This document shows, piece after piece, positions 12,201 through 22,480 of a stretch of 59,497 nucleotides of DNA (position 1 is its first letter; every line of letters begins with the position of its first letter). The DNA lies in contig JAAPAO010000162.1 of assembly GCA_013115145.1 (NCBI GenBank), forward strand, positions 1 through 59,497. The letters run 5' to 3'. The position numbers and the translations under genes are program-made. The stretch is from Perkinsus chesapeaki ATCC PRA-425 (taxonomy: Eukaryota > Protista > Perkinsozoa). The notes below the pieces were generated by a model. That model worked only from the letters and a program-made list of their open reading frames with translations, did no database searches and was not told the DNA's origin.

Positions 12201-12703
12201 ACCCTTCCATGTGTTCAGCCATCATCTCAGGTGGGATGGTCGTGGGGTCTCCGTTAGCTGGGTTGTTGAGATGGGCGAAGGCTGCTAAGGCAGCGGCCTG
12301 ACGAGAGAAAAATGACAGCGCTGAGGAACGAACCCCGCACCATCTACAATAGAAACCGCGATTTTACCACCGAGCCAGAAAGTCACATCCAAAAACCGTG
12401 CGCAGTTAACTTGTATAACTCCATACGAACGTAAGATTATACACCCCGACGTATACCGACCAACTGGTTATAGATTTCAACATAGCACGTTCGGCAATGA
12501 CACAGTCTACTGCTCCCCTTCCCTATCACCTCTAGGCCAGGATCCGCCGCCACCCCTTCCAAGCCACCAAGCCCTTCCACTGCAGTTCCCAATAGACCTG
12601 TCATCTGCTCGGCACTGAAGGCTGCTGCCACGGTCGGCTGTCCCCCCTCTGGTTGGTCCATGCCGGGTATGCTGGCCCCTGCATTATCAGAAGGAGATGC
12701 CAT
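9293..12703 (-). CDS. Multi-exon AT-hook + two zinc-ribbon + WD40-repeat protein; candidate TFIIIC subunit 2 (tau91/Tfc6/GTF3C2-like)
   Basis: ATG 12703 (MASPSDNAG). AT-hook KKRGRPK. Ribbons CSECGTINPCRQMQCTECG and CDACNSLQPSARKVCANCG. WD-like segments LLAVQWAP, AVATQNGSVWVM, FWVTDLCWSR. C-terminal strand HVAATALMGGLVVIQET, stop at 9293-9295. The gene model is fairly solid; the TFIIIC identity is inference from architecture. Confidence 0.6.
10311..10374 (-). other. 64-nt intron that is antisense to a degenerate tRNA (D-loop to acceptor stem, with B-box)
   Basis: Splicing restores AVATQNGSVW. The + strand reads GGTAGAGCG-TACGA-CTTCCGA-GCCAA-CAAC-CCAGG-TTCGAAC-CCCGC, which is tRNA spacing with unpaired anticodon stem. 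Confidence 0.55.
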
Positions 12704-12714
12704 GGAACGAGCAA

Positions 12715-14589
12715 CTAGCCCAACAATCCCCTTGAACCGAATTGAGATGACTGCAGCCAAAGCCTTTGGACGCACGCGGCGCTCCCATTAGAAAAGAATC
12801 TATTGATTTCATTTACCATGATCTGCATCATAGTCTCCACCCCGGCATCAGGGACCAGGTTCCTCAACCTCACCCCCAACGGCGGGTCTCCCGAGTGGCT
12901 TGCTGCATTCGTATAGCCTTCCAGAAAGTCAATACATTGATCTTCATCACAACGATGATCAGCTAGCTGCGAGTCCTCTGAGACCCTGATGGACTTGCCA
13001 TCCACTGGCCGCACGCCACATGGATAGAAGGACCTATGCCAGTGCAGGCCATCTCTGCTCACCTCGGGGAGCGGCAGCAGAGCTTCCCACTGTAACGGCA
13101 CCAGCTTTAGCCGGTTGCCGCCCGGACTAGAGCTCCGAATATCCCCTACTACCTGCTCCAGCGCCTTATTATACATCATTACTTGGTGATACGAATATGA
13201 TACCATAAACATAGGCCTGTCAGGCAAAGCGCCCTGCCTGTTGAGGAAGTGATACGGTGATGTTGGTTTAACGAGGATGAGGGCCTCTGGGAAGCTCCCC
13301 AGCAGACTCAGCAAGGCATGTCTCACCAGGTCAGCGTAGATCCGCGGGCTCACCTTGCTGCTGGTGTGGAAGTTCTCACCAAAGTAGATGACATTCGGCG
13401 AACTCAATCGTAGATCTTCTATAACCTCCTCAATGAAGGAGGATGGGTAACTGATCCGTCTGCAAAGGCCTACCATGCCCTCATGATGCTGATAAGAACC
13501 ATAATACCGACGGTAACTAATTTTCCACCGGAAGTCTCCCTCGGTAATGTCGCATGCATCTTCCACAGAGCTGTCAGGATCAACATAGAAAAGCGTTTGC
13601 AGGTTATGACCACATGGCCTCGGACGCCTACCGGCCTCGGAGACCTCCGACAAGTGGTCGAGGTAGTCTTCCATGGTACTGTCACCCACCAGGGCGAGAC
13701 TGATCCCATGCCGAGCCAGCACCTGGCGATAGTCAAGCCGCCGATATGCCTTGGTAGCGAGAAATACATAGTCATAACGAGGATCCAGGTCCTGACCAAA
13801 ATCACTGTGTTTGCAATGGGCTTTTATATTGCCAACAAGTCGCCTGTGCACCCAGAGGTCTATCTTACCACTGCAATTGAACATGGTCATACCGACACTT
13901 CCGCCAATTTCTAATTTAATAAGGCCAGGGTGGACCAGAAGGTCTGCCATGGTTTTACGGTTCATAGGCCAAACGCTTTGTAGCTCCTCATTGGTGTGGA
14001 AGTGCAGCCAGCAGTCCGTGTAGAAGGAACTGGGGATTTCCATGGCTCTTGGATAGAGGCGATTGAAGCCGTACATGTAGCCGACGTAAACACCAAGGAA
14101 GTAGGTACCACTCAGAAATAAGGGAAGGCTCGCCGAATAGTGGCAATGGAGACTGTTAAAGCTGAGGGACCCTTGAGACACCACAGCAGCTTGGGCGGTA
14201 GGACCACGAAGGAGCACTATAAACTCGTCGTGGCAAGTGAGCTGTCGGTGGGGATCGGCCCAAAGGGGCCTGGCGGGCCCAAGGACATCGACGACGATGC
14301 CAGAGTCGTTGAGAGTTACGTTAGTTATAGCGTAAGAACCAGCTTGATGAAGATGGTCTGCCAAGTCTTGCTCGAAAGTTGAGTTAAATCGTATCTTTCT
14401 TGGAAGATACACGCGTGGCCGAGGCAAAGTACAATAGGTGTCGGGTACCCCACAGAAGGGAAAGGCTGCAGCGGTCGATGACAGCTCAGGTATAACACAG
14501 GAGCCGTTACCAAGGGGAGACCAATGCAACCTATAAGCGACCGAGAATGCGCAAAGGGCTTCGAGGAACCAGTATAAGCGCATGATCAA
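12715..14589 (-). CDS. Secreted NXPE/PC-esterase-like (SGNH/GDSL-related) acyltransferase or esterase, intronless
   Basis: 624-aa ORF with signal-like N-terminus, an Ig/filamin-like segment (EFIVLLRGP...YSASLPLFLSGTYFLGVYV), the GDS motif (LALVGDSTMED), FGENFH, and a D-x-x-H motif (RDGLHW). Confidence 0.7.
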   Translation of the reverse strand: MIMRLYWFLEALCAFSVAYRLHWSPLGNGSCVIPELSSTAAAFPFCGVPDTYCTLPRPRVYLPRKIRFNSTFEQDLADHLHQAGSYAITNVTLNDSGIVVDVLGPARPLWADPHRQLTCHDEFIVLLRGPTAQAAVVSQGSLSFNSLHCHYSASLPLFLSGTYFLGVYVGYMYGFNRLYPRAMEIPSSFYTDCWLHFHTNEELQSVWPMNRKTMADLLVHPGLIKLEIGGSVGMTMFNCSGKIDLWVHRRLVGNIKAHCKHSDFGQDLDPRYDYVFLATKAYRRLDYRQVLARHGISLALVGDSTMEDYLDHLSEVSEAGRRPRPCGHNLQTLFYVDPDSSVEDACDITEGDFRWKISYRRYYGSYQHHEGMVGLCRRISYPSSFIEEVIEDLRLSSPNVIYFGENFHTSSKVSPRIYADLVRHALLSLLGSFPEALILVKPTSPYHFLNRQGALPDRPMFMVSYSYHQVMMYNKALEQVVGDIRSSSPGGNRLKLVPLQWEALLPLPEVSRDGLHWHRSFYPCGVRPVDGKSIRVSEDSQLADHRCDEDQCIDFLEGYTNAASHSGDPPLGVRLRNLVPDAGVETMMQIMVNEINRFFSNGSAACVQRLWLQSSQFGSRGLLG

Positions 14590-14677
14590 AGCGAGTGTGA
14601 CACGGTGGTGACAGAGTCACGCGCCACGAAAAAACTCCGCGCATTCCGTCCCACCGCAAGTTTACAGTTGTTAGTAG

Positions 14678-17534
14678 ATGCATCATACAGAAGGATACGT
14701 GCCTTGCATTCAGCACGACCCTGCTGTGGTTGTACCGACCACACTTATCAAACCAAGGAGGCTACCATCGAATGAAGTAGATGCAACTGGTAGAGAATTG
14801 CGGAACGATCGAAGGTAAATCGCGGGGCGTGGAAATGTTGACAAAAAGATCTCGAAGGCATTCGCTCTCTCTTCATTATATGTAATCATTTAGCCCGAAT
14901 CTCTTCCGTTGTTAAATAATTGCACTTTTATTATTTGCATTAAGGGCGGCCTTGGCTGACTCGAAACAGACTAATATGCACCGATTCATGGTGTTAGGGG
15001 GCCCGGGCAACTGTACATGGGAAAAGGCCCATCAATCTTGATGGGGATACCGTAGGCAAGAAATTCTCCAAAGCAAGACGATACAGCGGAGGAGTGATCA
15101 GTATCGATTGTCATTTTCAACATTATGCGATCTTCGTTGGAAGCCGCGGCCCCATCGCAGAATGATACCTTATCCCTCCTTTCAGACTTCGAGATGAGCA
15201 AAGGCCTCTAGGCACCACAGTTGGGGTGGAGCTGTATAAATTATGGCCTGGAAAGAATCGTAAGCGAAAGAGCTTCATCCTCTTTCACGTTCATTCCTAC
15301 TTGCCAGGTTTTCTCTGCGGTGGTAGGATAATGCTGGGTCCTGGAGATGATGTGGGCTTTAATGCATGCCTTTGGATATTCATCCTGGTAGCCCCCTTCC
15401 ATCTACGAGTCCTTTAATACGCTTTTTCTATCAGATACCTGCCTCTCTGTATTTCTTTACTGTTGCGCCTTGGCTTTGGAACGACGACGATCGAGGCTAC
15501 GGCCACTTTGTGGTAGGTCGCAATCTCGCGTTAAATTGCCAATTGTATGTGTCCACGTTATACAGTGGAGAGCTGATGCCGACATTATAGGCGCTTGAAC
15601 TGGGTTGAACATGTTGGGCGTATTTAATAACTATGATAAATGGTTCATAATGCGCTTTTATTCTGTCGCTGATATTTTATTACATTTTATCACCTCGAAT
15701 TCACATGTTGCCGAGCGAAAACTTGAAAGTGGAAGTCCGGCGGGTTTCCGCAATTAAGTTGAAAACTGGGCGGTAGAATTCCACTGAGTAAGGCTAACAG
15801 ATATCCCGCCAGTGATGTACCGTAATGGTGATGAGTATAAAATGAAACTTACTACAATAATCTTACGCACATGTACTTAAGTGCATGTATTCTCACAGCT
15901 CTTAAATATATATTTAACCAGTGTGGCAGATTTGGGGCTCCACTGGGTGGTGCCCTGTGGGATGGTGCTGCTGTTGACCGATACATTGATCATTTCGCGT
16001 GGAGTGTCAAATCAGTCATCAAGTTAGGTTGTATTTGATCGTAAACTCCCTCAGGTAATCCTCAACGTTCTTCTACTCCTTCTGGCATGTACAATGTTCA
16101 CCTTAACTTCCACCACCGATCCTGGCATAATACCACGTAGGGAGATACAGGTACGTAGCTCATTTTGGCGTACTCCAAATAAGTCTCCCAAAATGCTCAT
16201 TATCGACAAACATCAGGGAATGACTTGTCGTAACTCGCAGGCAGTTTTCACACGCTAAGTCTCAAATCTCGTTGGCAACTGCATGCTCCCATCTCTGAAG
16301 GATCACATGCCTGCAGTTTCGTGGCCTGTCTACCACGAGGAAGGCTTTATCTTATTGAACAGCTCTCGGTTGTGGGATGTTATAGTATCATTAGTAGTAT
16401 CGTAGGAGCATGTGTAGTTGAAGTCCCATTGGCTGCAGTGGACGATGTGGAATAGTTCACTTTCCCAGGGTCGAGCTTCGTGCCCTTGTTTATTTCTTAC
16501 CAACTGCCTACCACAATGACCGTGGGAAGCAGTACTCCACAAAACCGTTTTATTAACATGCTCACCAGAGTTCCGCCAACACGATTATCTCTTCGCTCTT
16601 TCGACATCGGTGGCTCAGATGGCATCTTCAACCTCCGATACCGTACGGGAAAGCATCGGCCTCGCACCGGCAAGATACGAGGATGCGCTGTACCTCTGCA
16701 GCACAACAGGGATGCTCGACTTCCAGCATAGTGTTCAGCCTGAGGAGCTCACAGAGCAACAGCTAAATGATGGGTAGCGTCAACGAAGCACGTGCTTGAG
16801 GGGGGAGGCTTGCTGGCAGATACAAATGGTGTCGAACATGCCGCATGGTAAGGCCCCCGAGGGCGTCCCACTGCGCTGATTGCAACAACTGTGTGCTGCA
16901 ATTCGACCACCATTGCCCATTTGTCGGTAACTGCATCGGCCAGCGCAACTACCTGTATGTGATCCTGCTCCGCCGTACAGGCCTCAATCCTTCCGTCAGG
17001 TACTTCAACTTGTTCATATATTCGGCGCTTTGCCTCGGCGGCTCCGTTGTTCTCGGTCTGGCTCTGTGGACGTCCGGTCAGCGAGCATCGGCCGCGATAT
17101 CGGACAATACTATCACAGTAAGGCATTCTCCAGACCAATCCCTGCGTACCTTCATCAGCTCCTTATTGCGTTGGTATCTGTCCCGACAGGGGTGGTAATG
17201 CTACTGGGCATCGTTATAGGATGCTATCATGCGTAAGTCTGCAGGATCTATGAGATCCAGTAGCTCATGTTTGTGCTTATTCAGGTGGCTGGCGTATACC
17301 GGGTACACTACGAAGGAGTATCTTACAGGCCATCGATCGCAGCAAACTGGTCATCGCCTCAGCACTCTCAGTTCCCGAGGTCCCAGCCTTATACCGGATC
17401 TCAGACAAGAGGTGGAAAGTCGGTATGAAAAACCGTCACTTTCGATGATTCAGGTTCGCCTCGACACTGAGGGCGCTTCTGCTCATCCTCCTCGGGAGGC
17501 GACGTCTGTTGAGGAAATGCAAGAGCGGCTATAA
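14678..17534 (+). CDS. DHHC palmitoyltransferase, Erf2/ZDHHC9-like (multi-exon)
   Basis: [20 protein letters not shown]-terminal motif, [52 protein letters not shown], transmembrane helices, YTTKEYL (TTxE motif). The start at 14678 is inferred. Confidence 0.9.
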
Positions 17535-18820
17535 TTTGACTCTTTTCTGTACTTGCTGTCACACTATTAATATCATTAATAACAATGCTGTTAACATTTA
17601 TACATTCACATTTACCCGAATTGAGTTCGGAGTAGCCCACTGCGACATGTGCACTCGAGGAAAATACACTGACAAATGAGAGGTCGCTGAAAAGTTCCAC
17701 AGAGGGATTGATGGTGTTCGATGTTACTGCTGCCTGGCTGAGGCGAAGTTCGCTCTACAGTAGTACGCAGCTGTCACGCAGACGTCAAGGAATCGTAGTG
17801 AAATCGATCCGGTAGCTTTACACACAAACGTCGTTAAGTTGTTTTAATGCGGCTTGATTGAGCTCTAGTTGAAAAGATATTGATGAAGGGGTATCAACGT
17901 TATATTGTTATATAACACAACACCAACTAATCTGGTATCGGGAAAAATGATATGAGCGACATTCTTTGGGTTCTTTACCACCCGCACAGGCTACAGGGAC
18001 ACACAACACACCACATCACAGGTCAGACAATGATAGAAGTCAATTGGGAGTGATTAAGTCCCCCCACAAGAACAGTTGAATATCAGATGCATCCCAAATG
18101 GACATAACGCGACGCATACATGAATGGAAATGATGTGGTGGTGGAAGAGGATGTCGACTGTAGCAAAGACCAACTCCGGAAGTTCCGTCGGGAACATGTG
18201 GGGCTATTGTTGTTGTTGACTACGATTATGAAGGCACCACCTCGGCACTGGAGATGGCAGGGCTCACTCACTTACTTTAATGAGGGGCCTGGAGAGAGAC
18301 ACTAGTGATAGGCATAGACATTGGTACAAGAAACGCCGTAAAGGAGAAAAGATATGTGCCCAGGAATGAGGAGATACGAATAACGATTCTTCGACGACGG
18401 GTTCTAGCAGGCGATAATACGAGGCAGAAATACACACAATAAGCAACCACACAATCCCGCCTATTTTCACGAGAAATAGTAGCGGCCGTTAACGAGAAGA
18501 TCCAACAGGAAAGCGATGATGATGATGATGTCGTTGAAAGTCGTCGCGATTCGGTAAATAGGAGTATCTAGAAAACAACGACAGCAAATAGGCGATAGAG
18601 ACAAACGATCATATGAGCATGATTAGCAGCGGAACGCAGGCAGCCAGCAGCGCAGGCGATTCCGAGTGGCATCATGCAGCATGGGGAAGGTTATCAAGTG
18701 GTAAAGACAACGCATAAAAGCTTGCTCCAAGAAATGTAAAGGAAATAAGAACAGAAAAAAAAGACAGGCTCTATTTCAGTCGAGACTGAAGCAACACTCT
18801 AAATTGGGCGAAAAACACAT

Positions 18821-20791
18821 TCAGAAATCCCTGGCTCTACTGTTGCTGGATTCACCATGACGATAATCATTGATAGGACGACGGTTGCATCCTTTGGGGA
18901 ATGTGGCTGATGAATATCCGGTCGAGCTAGAGATAGCACGATTCAGCAACGGAAATGAAAACTGCGACTCTCCTCTGGGCGTAGTAGTATTAGAAGACGT
19001 AGACGCGTTAGACAAGCAACGCGCATAGGTAGGTTTGTTGAACTCCCTAGATAACATTCTTGGCGGTGATGAAGTGGTAGTAGTAGAAGAAGGCTCACAA
19101 CCGCCGCTGCCGCCATATTTCTTCTTGCGGGAGTCTGTGAAGCCCAGGATCCAAACTTTGTCGTTGCCGATGCTCTCGTAGTTGGGCGAATTGGACCGCT
19201 TGGAGCCGGTAGGATCGACCGAACGTATAGTGGCATCACGGCCCTGAATATGGGCGAAGTAGATTTCACATGCCTTGCTGCTCTTAGCGGGACCATCGGA
19301 CCGACGCCTTCTTTGTGGAAACCATTCATAGCCTTGGAAAACAAGAGTGAATACAAGTAGGTAACGTGGTGTGGTGAAGTTGATGAAAGCGTATCCACGA
19401 TTAGCGACCTGAAAGAGGAAAAAGATTCACAACAGGTCAAAACAACAGCCATGTCGTACTTTAGCAGTATCTACGGGCAAGTAGAGTAAGTCATATCCAC
19501 CGTTTCTGAGCGCAGGACATTCCCGTTCAATGAGATCTCGTAGTGCAGAAACGGTAAACCTGACCACGAAAATTATGAACAAGGGAAAGGCGGTCAACAA
19601 CTAACCTTCTTGGAATCTTCTTTATCATAACCGTAGTCCGCTTCTCGTTGTCATTGTTCAACAGGGCGTCAACTTCAACTTTCTCCATTTCACCAGAGCC
19701 CGGCTTGTCATCGGCAGTCCCAAGGGTTGGAGCACCAGTATACCCGTCGTTCGCCTCAGAGCTTGTCCCACTGTGGCTTTCACGGCCAATACTGACTTGC
19801 CGTTGGACCCCAACAGGGGTCGGCCCATCAATGCTGTTGTCGAGAGCAGAAAGCTGTGGCACTCCAAAATAGTCATTTGCAGAACAATCGGCATTGCCTG
19901 GGTCGCGCAGGAATCTCAAGAGAGCAGGGACCAGGCGAGGATTAGATATACTGATGAGACTGACAAGGTCGGTGATGGAGGTTTCACGGGTTACCAGACC
20001 GGCTGTGTTAAGAGAATAGATCTCTCGTATAATGTCATCTATGTCGGTGTCATCCGAGGATCCTGGAGGCAAGGGGATATTATTAATAGCCATCGTCGAC
20101 GGCAAACAAACAGTATAAATGGGAAAACAATCTGAATAGTAACGAGAATAATTAGGGTCACCGAGAGGGAGAACAAACGACGGCAGTTTCAGGAGAAGCT
20201 AATGGGCACTCCATCGCACAATCTGTCTTACGGTGCTTCACCGACCGTTCTGACGCTAGAGAAGGTTCGTGTTGGGGTCAAGCTATATTTTGTATATCAC
20301 TTTTTCTCAGAGTTCTAGAGGCTGGTTTCGCTATAATTTGTTCATTATTGTTACGCTATGTAGGGTAATCCCTAGCTAGAGCTTGTCCACGTTGGCTGTA
20401 CGTCACAGGCTCTGTCTTTCGGCATCCCATTCCCACTATGCCCCTCATGTCTAGTGGAGAGGGACGAGAAGGGTTCTCTCTCGGCAGGAAAACTATGCTG
20501 GAGCTTATGGCAAGGGGAACCAGTTTGATGCTTGAATTTGTCAAATTTTCTGGAACGGTAGGTTTCTGAGGCAGATGGGGAAATGGGAATGCCGTGACGG
20601 CCGAGGCGACATCGTGATCTATTTTTAGAAGGGTTTGAATACCGCGGACTCGGTCGAATGTGGTCGGGGAAGTGAAGGAATTGCAAGTGAATGAGTGAAA
20701 TCTCTCCCCTTTGCGCCCGCAGCACAGTCGCTGCTACAACAGAAATACAAGGATTAATTCTCAATAGGACATATTTCCTCCGTCTATGCAC
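18821..20791 (-). CDS. Mei2-like RNA-binding protein (RRM_2/RRM3 domain), multi-exon
   Basis: Spliced RTTVMIKKIPRRFTVSAL...GYDLLYLPVDTAKVANRGYAFINF...KACEIYFAHIQG, the Mei2 C-terminal RRM signature. The first exon (20372-20791) is uncertain. Confidence 0.85.
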
Positions 20792-22480
20792 TTGACCATA
20801 AAACCAATCACCGTAAGACGTTTATACACTCATCTCTCAAGGTGATCGCTCACGTGGGTCGTAACTGTATACGTCATTAACACTACAATTGCGGTACGCC
20901 GCTGTAGCGACGACGAGGAAGCGGTAACAGGACCAACGGAGCTACCAGTGTGGTCGCAGCGTTGCCACTCGACAGCTGGGATTTGCCGTTACTCATTAAG
21001 TAGTGCTTGATTGAAGCCAACTTGGGCATCTCGACGTTCGATGCACTGTAAGAGGACTAAGGATATCTTTCGATTTCTGCAGCTCCCTGGAACGTGTTGT
21101 GTTCTGTGCTGAGATTAGCTTAATCTTATATGTTTCAAAGCTGCTACGTCTTAACAGGTATATTCGGGCTCAAGGCCACCCTAGGGGAGCGGGAGCACTG
21201 GGAGCGTCCCTTCCGTTGAAGGTTCAATGATATATTCCACACTGCCTCGTAAATGTCTAGAAACGGTTGGCAAGTCGTCTTTCATGTGAGGAAAGTAGAC
21301 TGGTGGAGCTCTTACAGCTCCACATTGTGATAGAGTAAATCAAGAGATACTACTTAGTTGCAAAGTAGTACCTCTTACCTTGCAGGAAGATAAGAGGTAC
21401 CCGCCGCAACTGAAGGCATTCCGCCGAAGCCGCTTAGGCTCCCCGACCATTGGTTCGACGGTTTCAGCACAAGATCTTCTTGAGAAAACTCTAGTCGACG
21501 TAAGATAGCAAGATTACTTCTGCACCGCTCGCATCGGCGTGCTACCGTCCGTGGGATGACAGCACCTCACTACAGTCACTGAAGGAGCCTATCTAATAAT
21601 TCTATAGAGCTTTCGTTCGACTAGCTTGCCTCAAAGCTAGTATCTTGCGTCGTTGCAACTTCATCAGCTCAAGATTTGTTCTACCTCGATTGGATGACGT
21701 CACATAATCTCTGTCCCCAACGACTTTTTAGTTTTATTCGCCTTTTGGCTTTAATGAGCGCTTCACTGCCACATGATTTTACTAAGCAGTCCAAAAGCGT
21801 TGGTGAGCTCCCTTTTACTGCTATTGGTCCTACGCGATCTTTATTAGTCTTCCATCTACCTCCACTTGTTGGTAGCCAAGTTCGACCACCTAGCGCAGCG
21901 GATGCCGCGCAATGGGACGAACTGTAATGCCTATGGGTGACACTGGCACTTTGTATCCCACGCCAAATGAATCAGCATTGGGATAGAAAATACTCTCTTC
22001 AGAGCTGGCAAATGTGAAAAATCTATCGGAAATTTTCTCGGTGGTTCTTTAGGAAGGTAAATTTTCTTTTCTCATGTGTAGGCGACTGTTTCCGGATATA
22101 CCATTGTGATCATCGGATTGGCATTCTTACAATGTATCAACGCACCAGTGATGATGATGTTGGATCTTACGGAGAGGCTTTGGGACTTCTTTCGTCTCCC
22201 CAAAATAATCAGCTCGGCAAAAAAATATTTTTATTGGAGATCGCACTTAAGGGCCTTCTGTCTTTTCTTCCAGTTTGGTGGTAGCCTTCATAGACTCTCT
22301 TGGCAGATATCGGACTTCTATTGTTCGAGGCTTGTCCAAGGCGAACCTTCGTTCCCGGATACCCGATGCGGAGATGAAGTTCAGCAGATGCCGTGATGGT
22401 TTTGGAATGAAAAGTAGTTATGTAGGAGCCTCACCATTGCCAGGCCTGGGCTTTCAGATCCCAAGCAAGTCATCGCGGAC

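Noticed and set aside
18264-18470. Signal-peptide-like 68-codon ORF
   Set aside because: Starts at GTG with no ATG or splice support and no recognisable motif; more likely part of the Mei2-like 3' region.
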